DNA from: the human T2T-CHM13v2.0 reference genome, Homo sapiens
DNA: 64,000 nucleotides
Assembly: GCF_009914755.1 (NCBI RefSeq)
Contig: NC_060936.1
Strand: one strand, 5' to 3'
In this document: positions 27,793 through 41,479 of the stretch, one piece after another
Layout: each line of letters begins with the position of its first letter
How positions within the stretch are numbered: the first letter of the stretch is position 1
The notes under the pieces: generated by a model
Told to the model about the DNA's origin: nothing
Databases searched by the model: none
What the model saw: the letters and a program-made list of their open reading frames with translations, nothing else
Translations under genes and position numbers: made by a program

Positions 27793-30700
27793 AAATTTTA
27801 AGTAAACTGATAAAACAGTGTCCATTGCTGTCCTGGACTGAGAGTCTTACATCTAAGCAGGATATCTTACATATAAGCCCAGTGGTCCCCTCCTTCCCAA
27901 TTTCCACCCTCCCTGTTCTCTCAAGCCTGTTATTCTGTCTTTGCCATGTTTCATGCCTTCAGATCTTTTTATTATTCAATGTTACATGACATGATATTCC
28001 CCGTTAAGCCTTCATGTTTGCTCACTACTCCACTGACCTTCCCCTTGATTTTTGGAAAATGCCTACTTATCTTCTGGGAGTTAACCAAAATGTCATCTTT
28101 GTTTCCTCCTTAACCTGTGGGTCTACACTATATCAATGTCTCTACTATATCACTTAGTGCACTATAACTGTGAATTTATAGTTCTTCTTTTCCTACTGAA
28201 TACAAGTGTTGCGAAGGCAAGTGCTAAATTTTAATCCATTTTGCATTCTTAGAACATAACCTAGTTCTGGCCAACAGTTGAAATTCAATAGTTGTCAACT
28301 AACAGATTCAAAAGCATTAGAAACTCTGATGCTTTTTTTCTTTCCCAGTTTGTTTAGTTAAAGGAGAATGTACAAATCCTGACAACAACATGCTACTTTA
28401 TCATCCAATCAGTGTGGACAAAGTAGAGGAAACACAAAAGACTATAGTGATAAAGAAACCCAGCGTTGAAGTACAAAGTCAAGTACTCTGACAACTGCAC
28501 TTACATCTAAAAAACAAACATTACTAAGAAATCACCTAAGATAGATAAATCAGCGATGAATTGAATCAATGATGAAAAAAATTGAAAAAGAATCAGATTT
28601 TTTAAAACACTCACTAAATTAAAAAAATCTTGCAACTGATAGCAAGTACATACTACAATTAAGAATTAAACAGTAAATTTATAGAAAACATGAGGCAATT
28701 AATTAAAGACAATCCTGCTTTTGCATCAAGTCTAATCATTTTTTAATGTCACTAAAGCCTAATAATACATTAAAATATGTTTGATCTTATTAGTTTGCTT
28801 AAATTCTATATTTCTAGCATTGCATTCTAAGTATCAAATTACAGTCAACATTATGTGCCTGGGAATTAAGCATAAGCATACAGCATACACAAATGATACA
28901 AATATGAAAGTTGCTCAACTTTGACGCATCCACTAATTATTTTAGATGATGGTGATAGGTTCACTCAGGCCTAATTATAAAGTTATAATATATTTAAAAA
29001 ATTAAAGATAACTGCTATTTTCGATTCTGTTTGTACAGAGAAAAGTCAGTTAAGGTTCTATTCTGCCCATTTCCTACTCAGTCTACTTGGTTGCATTAAG
29101 AGAATTCTAGTAACTTTCATAATATTCCTCTCATTGCTCCTACAAGAAGCCTAAAAGAGAGAAGCAGAACAACTTAAATGATAAGTCAAACTGTAATAAC
29201 TATTGTTATATTTTCCTAAATACCAATTTTACTACTTTTATCTAAAAATTAATACATCAACATCGGTAAGGAAGTTTGTTACTGCAATGATTATTATGCC
29301 ATCATTTCCGGTACAATTATTATACAATATTCACTTTTAGCAAATAGCATTTAATCCTAAGTCAATAAACTTAAAAGTACCAAAATCAAGAACCCCATAT
29401 CTGAATTTCTATTCTATAATTTGCAAGCATAGACACAAATTTTACATAAATTCTGAATAATGTCTGGCCTTCTCATGGAGCACAAAATGACAAAAAACTC
29501 AAAAAAATTTATATTGGTCCAAATAGTTTTTGCTTAAACATAATTTATAAACATGTAATATATATTTAGAGTCAATTAATATTATTTGAATATATGGGCA
29601 ATATTATTTAAATCACGACATTTTATAAAAGATGTCTTTGCATTTTATTATTTACTAAACAATTTTAAAATCCTGGATAAAATATTGGTGTAAAATAAGA
29701 GAATTTATGCAACCAAAAGTTGATTACTTTTTCTTTCTAGGTCTCTCATCATAGAGACAACTCAAAGGAAAACACCTTTTACTGCTAAGACTAAATTATA
29801 GAAAAAACTGTCAAGAAAGACTATCTTGGCCTTTGCTCCAATTTTTAAAGATGTCTACAGCACAGTCAGATATTGTTGAAGAATGGCAAACCTCTAAGAT
29901 TTGATAGCACACCAACCAGGGGCTTCAAACAAAGAATGAAGGAGACACTACTGAAGTGTCTGCATGAGATTTTCTGGACACATACAGCACTGAGGAAATG
30001 TCAGTTTAGCAAGATGTTGGTATCATGATCAACTTTCAGGAAAGAAGACCAGTCAAGTAATTGCAGTAATCATGGAGTATTTTTGCCCAACATTACCCAT
30101 AACATTTTGCCCCAAGTTCTTCTGCTTTGATTTCTATAAAATGTATTTTCTAGGACACTCCCAAATTACAACACTGCTTTACATTCCCATCACATCATCT
30201 TTGGCTTACTGTTCATTAAAGAATATTCAGGGAAATTGTTTTTTCTGTATTGTATTTACTGACCTTACAACAACATTTAACTTTGTTTGCAGATCTCCAA
30301 TAGCTCTAAATGCTTTTCTCTTCAATTCACCAGTCATCCCTGGGAAAACCCACCATGACCTGGTTATTTACATTTGAGAAGATGATGTTCTATTGCCAAT
30401 AGGTTGAACCAGTGTTGCATTAAAAATAAATAAATCAAACAAAAGTAGAAAAACGTATTATAAAAGACTTATACACAAAAGGGCCAAAGGAAAAATAGGT
30501 ATCATTTCTTAATTATCTAAATATCTTCTGGCTCAGCTTGGGAGGTAAGCTCCTGCAGGTCTTCTCATAGGTGTTACAAGCTGAAGGGAAAAAAAGTGGT
30601 TAAGTGCATAAGCAGGCTATTTTTAAGGCTTTTTAGGAAGACAATAACATGTAAAACTAGTGGGGAAGGTAGCAATGGAAGACTGCAACTGGAAGGGAAT

Positions 30701-31902
30701 CTTGAAAATAAGGCAAATCCCTAAAATAATGACATATTTCTGATATTGTTGAACAATAAGACATGGAAGGGATCAGAGCCTATCCTTCCTAACAGTCTTG
30801 CTGCTTCCCGACAGCTAAAATTTGTGCATTTAGTGTTAAACACAGTATAAACTAAGCAATCAAAATTGAACAGAATGAACACTTAATCAGAAGTCACAAG
30901 ATCTAAATACTAGCCCTGCCATTGTCGTTAACTTATCATGGCTGAAACATGTCAGTTGTCTTCTCTGTGAATTGAGGCAGTTGTGCCAGATGATTGCCAA
31001 TTTTCTTCCAGTTCTAATCAGCATAAACACCAGAAGTCTATCACATATTTCTTCACCAATTTCACTAATATAATATATATTTTGGACACATATAATAACA
31101 TGCACACACGCACTTCTCAAACAAAACTTAAAGCCATATTCCCACAAATCTATTCTATCTCTTACCCACATACAAATTTTACAAACATGTTCCCTGAGTA
31201 TGTGTCTGTATTACAACAGTGAATATATATTTGAATATATATTCTTTTTATGTATATACATATACCCTAAAAATAGAAAAATGATTTTCTAAAAACAGAA
31301 ATATGGAGCACTATACACTATACATACACATTCATTTTAAAATAATCTTCACTAGTGAGCACATTAAAATATATCTTAATGAACATTATGAACAAAATAT
31401 AATTTTAACTTATGAAGTGTGCTAGACAGCACACTATTTTCTACGTTTATTCTAATAGAATGGGTTATGGAAGAGATTAGAATTGAATAATTTGACACTA
31501 TTTTGTAAACACTTAAATATGTTAGGCATAGTGTAAGTCCTCAAGAGAATAAGACTGTCCCTTTTATATAAAATATGAAAAGGGGAAAAACATGGTGTTG
31601 TTGATAAGATACTTTTCAAGTGAAAATGCGACTGAGATTATCTAATCGGTTACCCTTGCAGGTGGTTGGATATACACCTGCACTGAATCTTAGACCTAAG
31701 AAATGACAGAGCTGAACATCTTCATGGGTTTCATGACAGAGCCACAGCAAAATGATTTCCTGAGATCAATATGTGGTTGAGAGAAAGCTGTTTTCAATGG
31801 AAACAGGAAGCTGGGAGCTAACCTGTTTCTATGGTAACCACAGCAGTAGCTACCCAACAGCTGTAGGGAAAAAAAAGGGCAGAAAGTTACAAACGAAATT
31901 GG

Positions 31903-31940
<38 letters not shown>
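31903..31940 (+). repeat. poly(A)38
   Basis: direct reading. Confidence 0.95.
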
Positions 31941-31941
<1 letters not shown>

Positions 31942-34900
31942 AGATTCTGGTTTACTTTATTAGTGTGATGGTCCTTGGAGTGCAATCTGAATGGGCATGA
32001 ACATGTCGTCCCTTCCTCTCTCCCCCAGAATCTTTAGCAATAATTATCCTACAAATCTCAAAATTTTAGAGCTGAAGTTTAGATACTATCTAGTCCAATG
32101 TGTCATCTCAATGTTTGGGTTTTATTTTTCAGAATAAAGCAAAGGAAATCAAGATTTAGGAAGATGAAGTAAATTCTCCAAGTTCACACAACTAGTGTTG
32201 AAATCAAGACTGGAGCGTAGGTCTCTTAGGTCTCAATTCAGGCATTTTTCAATTCTTTTTCCACATAATATCCAGTCCTGCTCTGTTCTCCTCCCAACAC
32301 TCACATTCTATTCACTTTCTATGAAAATATTGACTACACCGTGTTAGGATTATTACCATCCCTCAACCTGCACGGAAGGCAAAAAAGCAGTGCTTTTCTG
32401 TCTTAAAAGAATATTTTGACTGCTCTTCTCGAAGAAAAGCCCTTCATATTTCAACCAGAATTGAATTAAGTTTATGGAATATATTGAAGGTTATTTTTTA
32501 GACTATTTTTCCACTATATATTTTCTTCTACAGGTCTGTGTTTATCTTTAATGCCCTTTACTATTTTATTTAGACACATTTCTAAAGGTTCCCACAATAA
32601 AAAGAATACATGGCTCAGAAGTTCAAAGAATACAATACTTGAAAATGACATTTACTTTATTTGTCATAGTAAAAATTGATGGCAATGATAAACATTTTCA
32701 AATGCAAAATCTACAAAAAGGTTGATCTATACCTTCCTTTTCAGTTGCTTTGAAAATGAGTTTACTGACAAAGATAAAAAACTTTCCTTGTCTTTTATTT
32801 AATTTTGTCAACTCAGGTCTACAAGTGAGCTCTTAGCAAAATATTACAGAAGAGATCATACCTAATCTATCCAACTATATTCACTTTTTGCACACCTAAT
32901 GTCCAACCATAAATCAGGCCACCTCATATGTATATCACTTGTATGTATATTTAGTTGGCAATTAAATTTACTTGATTATTTTAGTGATCTATTAATCAGG
33001 TACTCTCTGATTCTATCCAATGCTTAGACTATAAGCATAAAATTAAATTTATTTATAAGCCTTTTGACCCTGAAAAGGTCAAAAGACACTTCAATGCTTA
33101 GGTGGAAAGTGCAAACACACTGGACTATTATAGCAGACTCTTTTGAGGAATATGAAGTTTGGGTATGCATTGTCATGATGTTGGCCATGACTTTTAATTA
33201 AATAGAAATAATGAAAGAAACTTGGCCACACCTCCAAATAGCTCAATTGTTGTTTGGTATAAGTACAGTCTTCATTATATTGTAAGGAGAGAGCCTGTAA
33301 GTCATTGTGAAAACAGAAAAATAAAGAATTTAAGAGCCTAATATTTTGTAATAAAATAAAGACCAATAATACCTTAACATCATCATTTCTAAAAGGAATA
33401 TTTTACTGCATGTGTCAGGCAATATTCCTATGTGAGTTTTTTTTTTTTAGGAAAATGTATTTTTAACACCTCTAGAATTTTATTTGCCATAATCTTGTTT
33501 TTTTTTAATTTAATAGATAATGCCTTTAGGAAACGTTTTATTACAAATAGAGAGGTGAGCTCATTGAAGGCAAAGGATTATATCTTCTCCATGCATTCCC
33601 AGTACTTTTCATAGTTTTCAGTCTACAGTGACTGTGTAATCAATATTCATTGAATAAATGTGCTTTCTAAAATTTTAATAATTGACAACAATATTTTATG
33701 AATAAGCTATATTTAGCCATTAATTCTTTTAATTAGAACCACTCTTACAAAACAAGACTTAATACATTTTCTTCCTTTAATCTTAATATATGATTCAAAT
33801 TGTTCCTATACCTTATTATAATTTTTAAAAATCAAGTGCTACATTTAATACTAGCAAATGTTTATTTAGATCATGTCTTTCTTGTTTTGTTTTGTGGCTT
33901 GGCGAAGAGGAAAAAGTGGCCCATACAAAGTAAATTAAATATTTGCAAATTTGAGTCTAATGCTAGAAATTAAAATTTCCATTTTAATGGCTTCTACGGA
34001 GTACGTTTTGGTAATGCTGTAGAAGTAATCTATAATGCTAATAATATGAATATTTTCAAGATTTAAAAAATGATAGATTCGCTATCACAATCCCTGTATG
34101 ATGCAGAAGGATCGTATATGAGATACAACCCATATTGTATTTCAACAACAGTAAATGAGATAAAGGTCAGGGGAATGTATGTGAAAGAGCTAGAAACACA
34201 TCAAAAAGGCAACATCTTAAGTGGGGTTCCATGGCAGTTATTATTTTGTTTTTTCTTTTCTAAAATGTGCTTTAAAAGTAAAAAACAGAAGATCTGCCAA
34301 GTAATCAAAGATATGCATAAATCACCAAGGAAGAGCCAACATTCTAAAACAGAGCTGAATTCAATCATCTCCCCTACCCTATAAAAAATATAAGTGAAAA
34401 GAAGAGAAAGAGAAACTTATAACTGCTCTCAGCTGTTTAATATTCCAAACAGATTCTTCAAAATTGTCTTTTATTTTAGTATTTTGTCCTTATGTGATTT
34501 TTAAAAACTTCTAAAAATCTAGAAACTCTATCAAGGAATTTCTGCTTGGTACCTGTCCTCTTATATATGATACATTCTTCAAAGGAAAGCACATACAAGC
34601 TTCATGTTTTTCTAACACTTACACATTAAATTGAAAATATACAGTGCATCACATTTTTACAAATATATTTATGCATCCTTGTTTTTTACTGTTTGTAAAT
34701 ATCACTCACTAGCATCAACAAAATAAACTCTCATTTTTTTCCTGATCTCGTTTTCTCCACAACAGGTTTCCATGACAACTTATATTTGAATTTTTATAAA
34801 TTTCTATTTTTGAATACTATTCTTAAGAATAAGAATTTAAATGTATAAAATATACACTTATTTACCAATTGAAATACAACAATATAGACCCCTCATATAC

Positions 34901-37838
34901 GTATTTACTTCATAAATTAAAAATCACAGAGGAGAGGGACATGCCAACCAAAACAAAAGGCAAAAATGCAGGGTTGCAAAATTCAATTAATTATTCAGTT
35001 CCTATCACCGTTGTTTTGTCTGCCATTTAAATCACAAAAATTACAAACAAAGCACATCTATTATATAACTGATCCAATCCTTTCAATATTGGAGAAAAAA
35101 GAAAATTGTGAAACAGGTATAATGAGTTGAAAAGGGAAATTTAGAGAGTTAAAATTTTTTGTGTCAAATATTTCAATGAAAGATGAGCTAATGTTAAAAA
35201 ATAAGAGTGTTTATAAAAGTTTAAATACTTCTATTAAGAATGAGACTCATGATAATAAGAACTGAAGCAAACCACTTGATAAATGTTTTATGTTTCCTCG
35301 AATTGTGTCGATGCAAAATATAATTTCAACTTGTGGCCTCCACATATGATTCTATTTTTCAAACTAGTCAGATAACGTTGTCAGGTTATCATCTTAACTA
35401 AAAGTGCTCAGGTAAAAATATTAAGTCACTTTTAAATAGAATGGTGACTTATGATTACTTTTTTTCAGCCAACCCCTAGGAATTTGAAAAGGGATTTCCC
35501 TGAAGACAAGACCCACAAAAGAAAGCCAAATATTAAACCCTGACTGGTCAATAAAAATGGAAAGTTCAAACAGGATTCTTTTTAAGAAGTTAATTCAAGT
35601 CCCATATTTTTATTCTACTGTTGGGTGGTAAAGGGTAAAAATTCCAGGAGCGAAAGTCCTGGAATACATATATTTTAAAAGTCATAGATGACCTTTCACA
35701 GTTAGGACCCTAGTGAATGTCTTATGCCGCATTAAATCTCAAGACCAATGTGATCTGCAGAGATTTCACAATCCAGTCCAGTTATAATCAGTAGTTTTGC
35801 TAGAAAGGGCCTGAGGAGAGTGTCATGAGACCTCTGGGATAACTTTGGCTTTGCTATTAACTTGATGTATAACCTTGGCCATCACTTAGCATCTGCAGTC
35901 TTCATTTCCCTCATCTACAGTATAAAGGGTCTTGACTAAACGTGACCTCAAATAAATTTTTCAGGTCTATGATTCTTAGCTGATTCTGCTTCTACTTGCT
36001 CTTTGACCTTGTTTTAATCTCAATTTTGGTGTATTCTTTTCTCACCAAAACAGATGCAGATCAAAGTCTCAAGAGTATTATAAAGAAATATCGTAGTAAA
36101 TGCTTTTTAAACACAATTTTCAAGTCAATGGTTTATCCTTTTGATCAATAAACTATAGAATCAAATTTCATGGCAATGATAAAAGTTGAACACCTTCTTA
36201 AAGTTTTTGCTATGCAATCTGGCCTACAATAAGATGTATTATGTTATCATAAGGAAAAATAGTAAAACATTATGTCCTTTTGTAGCACATGATCTGGAAA
36301 AAAAGAATCACATGATGGGCCTGAAAACAAATTCAGATTATCTTTTTAGCCACCAAGTGGAAAGAGCTCCATAACACTCAGCTGGAATCCAAAAAACACA
36401 GATGCACAGATGTAATGGTCATGAGCCTGTGGTTTAATTTAAATGAATATGCACTTGCGGTTTTGTTTGGTTGGTTTGGGTTTTTTTTTTTTTTTTCCTG
36501 AATGCCAACTCTGTTGTTGAATTTATGGCATGGCCTGAAAAAAAAAAAAAAAGATTTCCAAGTTGAAGCTACTAATTCTATGTTCAAATATGTGTATGCA
36601 GGCATGTTAGAATTTATGTATGCATTTAAATACCAAGTCTAAAGGAGTAGCAATGCTTTAAATTGTCTCTTTCATATTCTATTTCACACTGAAAACAAAA
36701 CACGTCCACAGACTTCCAAAGTGTTATCAGTAGCACATCTTCTGACAAATTAGTAGATAGCTGCATAACGTCTCAGATGCAGACACTTCTGACATACAGA
36801 GGAAGAAAATAATGAAGATAGAGCCAAAGTAAAGTTGGGAGAATTCCCATTCTGCCCATGGGGTGTCTTTTCTGGGTGTCGGAAGCAAACCAGACACATG
36901 CAGTTGCAAAGATTTAACTGAATACAGTACTTTGTTCTCATATATAATTAAAAACCATTCACATACTGTATAATTTTTGGTTATTTATATGTCTTTATTT
37001 CCTTTCAACCAGAGAAATCATTATTGGTTACTTTTATAATCTCTTCATGAGATTTTGAAGAATTAATTGGGAATGTCAAGGATTAAAGTTGAGCTGTCAT
37101 TTAAACTAGAACCCGAAAAAGAACACTGAGGCTGAAATCACAATATTAAAAGTAAAATAAAGTTTGCTCCAATCTAAATTACTCAGATTTAGAGAACTAG
37201 GATCACCAAAGTGGTTAATGTATGTTCAACCTGTAAGGATCAGAGATACAGCCCTAAGCAAAAGGGACGAGGCTCAAAATTCTGTGTGTAAGTGGGCTCT
37301 CTGGTCAACTCACGGAAACAATCCTAGTATTCGTCTCCCTTGGAAAGTGACAGGCCCAAACAACGTTCTGGAGATTCTCTTCACAACATAAACCTCCAGG
37401 CAAACCTTTCCTCCCTCCACCTCCCCAGACACATAGATACATTCCATTTCCCCTTCCTCTGTCCTCAGATTCAACCCCCAATTGGAGCCACGGCTCTGGG
37501 TGAGTCAGATGTGAAGGGGGCCTCACTGAAAATGTCAAATAGGGATGACCAGGAGGCCAGAAGAGAGATCTGAGCTAAAGGAAAAGTTAGAACAAAGGAG
37601 TGAGGGAGAAACTCGAGATGAATCCTCATACCCGTTTCAGGACAGGGTCCAAAGACGTGCACAGAAAAGTCGACATTGGCCCTCTAGGTCCCATCTGCTA
37701 AAGCAAATCTGTTTGAGTTGGGAGAAGAGGAGGAGGAGAAAGATGGGACTGGGTAGGGATGGTGGCCGGGGTCCCTGGGTTTACCCTGCAAAGGATGAGC
37801 CTCTAACTGTATCGCTAGGAAATCCCGGGTCTCTTCTA

Positions 37839-38643
<805 letters not shown>

Positions 38644-39599
38644 CTAGGGGGAGGCAAACACAGCGCCGAGTTAAAGATCTTAGCCGTCAAAGACACACCA
38701 TGACCCCCACCACCAACCCAGAGCGAGTCCAGGGATGCAGAGTTGGCAGACAGGCACGGGGCAAAGACCCTCCCCGGGAGGGGATCAGCGTCCAGCGCTG
38801 TCCCCGCCTCTTGCATCAAACCTTTCCCAGGTTTCCAGAGAACTACAGAGATAGCAGTCCTAGTCTTTCTTGACCTTTCATGACACCGTTTTCCCTGCCT
38901 CCCGCTTTCCTTTCTTTTGGCTCTGATCTCTTCACCTTCATCTTTTCACCTTCCACTCTTCCTCTTTTCTGTTCCCACTCAAGTCCAACCTGCTCCCAGC
39001 CCCTAACCCCCTCTCTGCCTCCCCAAACACACTCTCTCTCCCTCTAAACCTACTTTCTCCCCCTCCTTTGCCCCATTCTCTCCTCCTCCCCTGGTTGGCC
39101 TCTCATTCCCACTCTCCAAGACCCTCCTCTTTCTCCCCTTCCCCTAGCTTGGATGCAATTCTCTTAGGCAGGGAGTTTTCCTCAGGCAACTTGGCAGTGT
39201 TGGGTGAGAGCACACCCTCCCCCCACCCTGTGAAGAGCCCGGATTCCACACCCACCCTAGGTCAACCCCGGACCCCTCTCTACTCCCTAGCGCTCAGGGA
39301 GTGCCTTCTGAGCAACCTGTTCTAGGATCACCTCTACACCTGCTCACAGACCAAGCAAAAAGACAACACAGAAGTCAGAGAAAAAAAAAATCTCTGCTGT
39401 TGCTTTTCACCTAGGAGACCTCTGACTTATTTCCTCATTCGATTTCCTTTTCACGTTATTATTATTATTGTTGTTGATATTATTATTACTTGGGAAAGGA
39501 AACAACTAACTAAGATCCATCTTTAAGAATAGAAGTGATCAATGCATCCCACCCATCCCCCTTCCCAAGAAAAACAAATCCCTTAGTGGGTGGAGGGTG

Positions 39600-40620
39600 G
39601 GGGATTTGCTTTCTAGGAGGGGCGAGGCTCGGGGAAAAGCTGCTTGGAGGCACACCCCCTGGGTCCCTGAGCTGAAAGTCTCGCTGACAGTGTCCCTGTT
39701 TCCAGCCTCCCAGCCACCTCTCCCCAGGGCTTCATCTCTACATTCCTATTGCGGAAAGGCGGAGCGGGGGGATGCTGGCCTGCAGGGTCAACATGCCCTT
39801 TCCAGGAAATCGCCCCTTTCACCACCCCCGCCCCCATTTCCAGATACCTTAACGAGACCGAGAGAAAAGTGGTTCTGCTTTGGTTTCCGAGTGGACGAGG
39901 TTCTCTGGGCAGCGGGACTGAGTCTTGGCGCCCAGGTGAGCCGCCCTTCTCCGACGAGAAACTACTTGTTGGCGTTTTCCGGATTCAGGTGGTTGAGCCG
40001 CTTCCCTGGGCGCTGGGGTGGGGGAGAAAGCCCCCGCCGGCCGCCGGCCGCGCTCCCCGCCTTCATTCTGTGATCTGCGGATTTGCCAGTCGCCAACCTC
40101 CGCGCCCAGAGTCACCATCGCGCAGGGTTGGGCAAACCATGGAGCTCGGGGCGGGTCCAGCCGGCACTGCCCGACCCCTCCGGGAGCGGGCAGATCGGCT
40201 GGCCGTGAATGGAGTGGAGACTGGCCGCAGGTCAGGAGAGCTCACCACTTGAAGGTGAAGTCGCCCTGCTCGGATTCCATCTGCAGATTTTGTTTCTCCC
40301 CCAAATCAGCCACTGCTGGAGCTGTCCCTTCAGCACCACTCGCCATCAACCTCCCGCCGCCATCCGAAGCACAGGGCTCAGGAAAGAGTGGGTGGGTGGG
40401 TCTGGAGAAGCTATGTGTACCAACCAGGTTCACATATTTTTCTTCCGTGAAGCTCTGTCTCCACCCTCTCTGGAGCTTCTGCCTGCCTTATTTACACCCC
40501 ACTCTCCACACCCTCTCTCTCCCCCCACCCCTCGCTATGCCCCACCCCTCCCAACAAGTGAGAGAATCTAAAACCAATTGCATTTTTTTTTTCTCAATGA
40601 CAGTTGGCCGGAGAGAGAGG
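39600..40620 (-). promoter_or_regulatory. CpG-island promoter / exon 1 region of KCNC2
   Basis: CpG-rich 39.75-40.37 kb; CACCC/GC boxes 40496-40552; CCAAT at 40575-40579. Confidence 0.75.
39848..40480 (-). other. KCNC2: KCNC2 non-coding exon 1 (5' boundary approximate)
   Basis: Donor AAG|GTATCT at 39848/39847 inside the CpG island; the TSS cannot be read directly from sequence. Confidence 0.65.
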
Positions 40621-40896
40621 TCTACTAACAGGTGACAGTAAATATTGTTTTTTATGTCTTATGCATAGCTCTGGCTTGCTTTTTCAAATCAAATGTCAGT
40701 CTCCAGCCACCACACCACGGTTATCTAAAGCAAAACAAGTTTTAGAAGTTTATCCCAGGAAGATAGTGCTTTACAAAGTACAAGCTCCAGGGTTTCTTTT
40801 TGTCTGAAGCTGAAGAGAAAATCCACAGATACCCAAGTATCCAAGTAATTTTTTAATAAGCCAATTTCACCCTTTCTCAAGTTTTCATTGCCCCTT

Positions 40897-41324
40897 GTAT
40901 TAGTTTGCTAGGGCTGCCATAAGAAAGTATGACAAACTGGGTGGCTTAACAGCAGAAATGTATTGTCTCATGGTTCTGCCAGTTTCAAATACAAAATTAA
41001 GGTGTTGTTAGGGTTGGCTTCTTCTGAGGGTTGTGGAGGAAGAATATGTTCCAGTCCTCTCTCCTTGGCTTGTAGATGGGCATCTTCTCCCTGTGCCTCT
41101 TCTGACTATTTTCTCTCCATGCATATCTGTCTCTGTGTCCAAACATCCTCTTTTTATAAGGATATCAGTTATATTAGATTGGGGCCCGCCATAAATGACC
41201 CCATTTCAACTTCACTATCTCTATAAAGATTCTATCTCCATACAAGGTTACATTCTGAAGTACTGAAAGTTAGGACTCCAATACAATTTTTATGAGGGGA
41301 AGGGGCACTATTCAACCTATAACA
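40897..41324 (-). mobile_element. MaLR LTR (MLT1B/C-like) just upstream of the promoter
   Basis: TGTATTAGTTTGCTAGGGCTGCCATAA...ACTGGGTGGCTTAA...ATTCAACCTATAACA. Confidence 0.8.
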
Positions 41325-41345
41325 GGCCTCATCACCAAACAGATC

Positions 41346-41416
41346 GTGTGTGTGTGTGTGTGTGTGCGTGCACATGTGTGTATCTGTGTGCATATTCCAT
41401 GAAAGAAAGAAAGAAA

Positions 41417-41465
<49 letters not shown>

Positions 41466-41479
41466 AAAAGAAGGAAGGC
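41346..41479. repeat. (GT)n followed by (GAAA)n microsatellites
   Basis: direct reading. Confidence 0.9.

Noticed and set aside
35641-35665. 9-bp hairpin ATTCCAGGA...TCCTGGAAT
   Set aside because: Short inverted repeats are expected by chance in 64 kb; no supporting context
36481-36552. Poly(T) and poly(A) runs that could pair
   Set aside because: Only homopolymer complementarity; the intervening sequence is not inverted
39597-40635. Overlapping 120-205 aa + strand ORFs in the CpG island
   Set aside because: Stop-poor GC-rich DNA, mostly non-ATG starts, no homology recognisable
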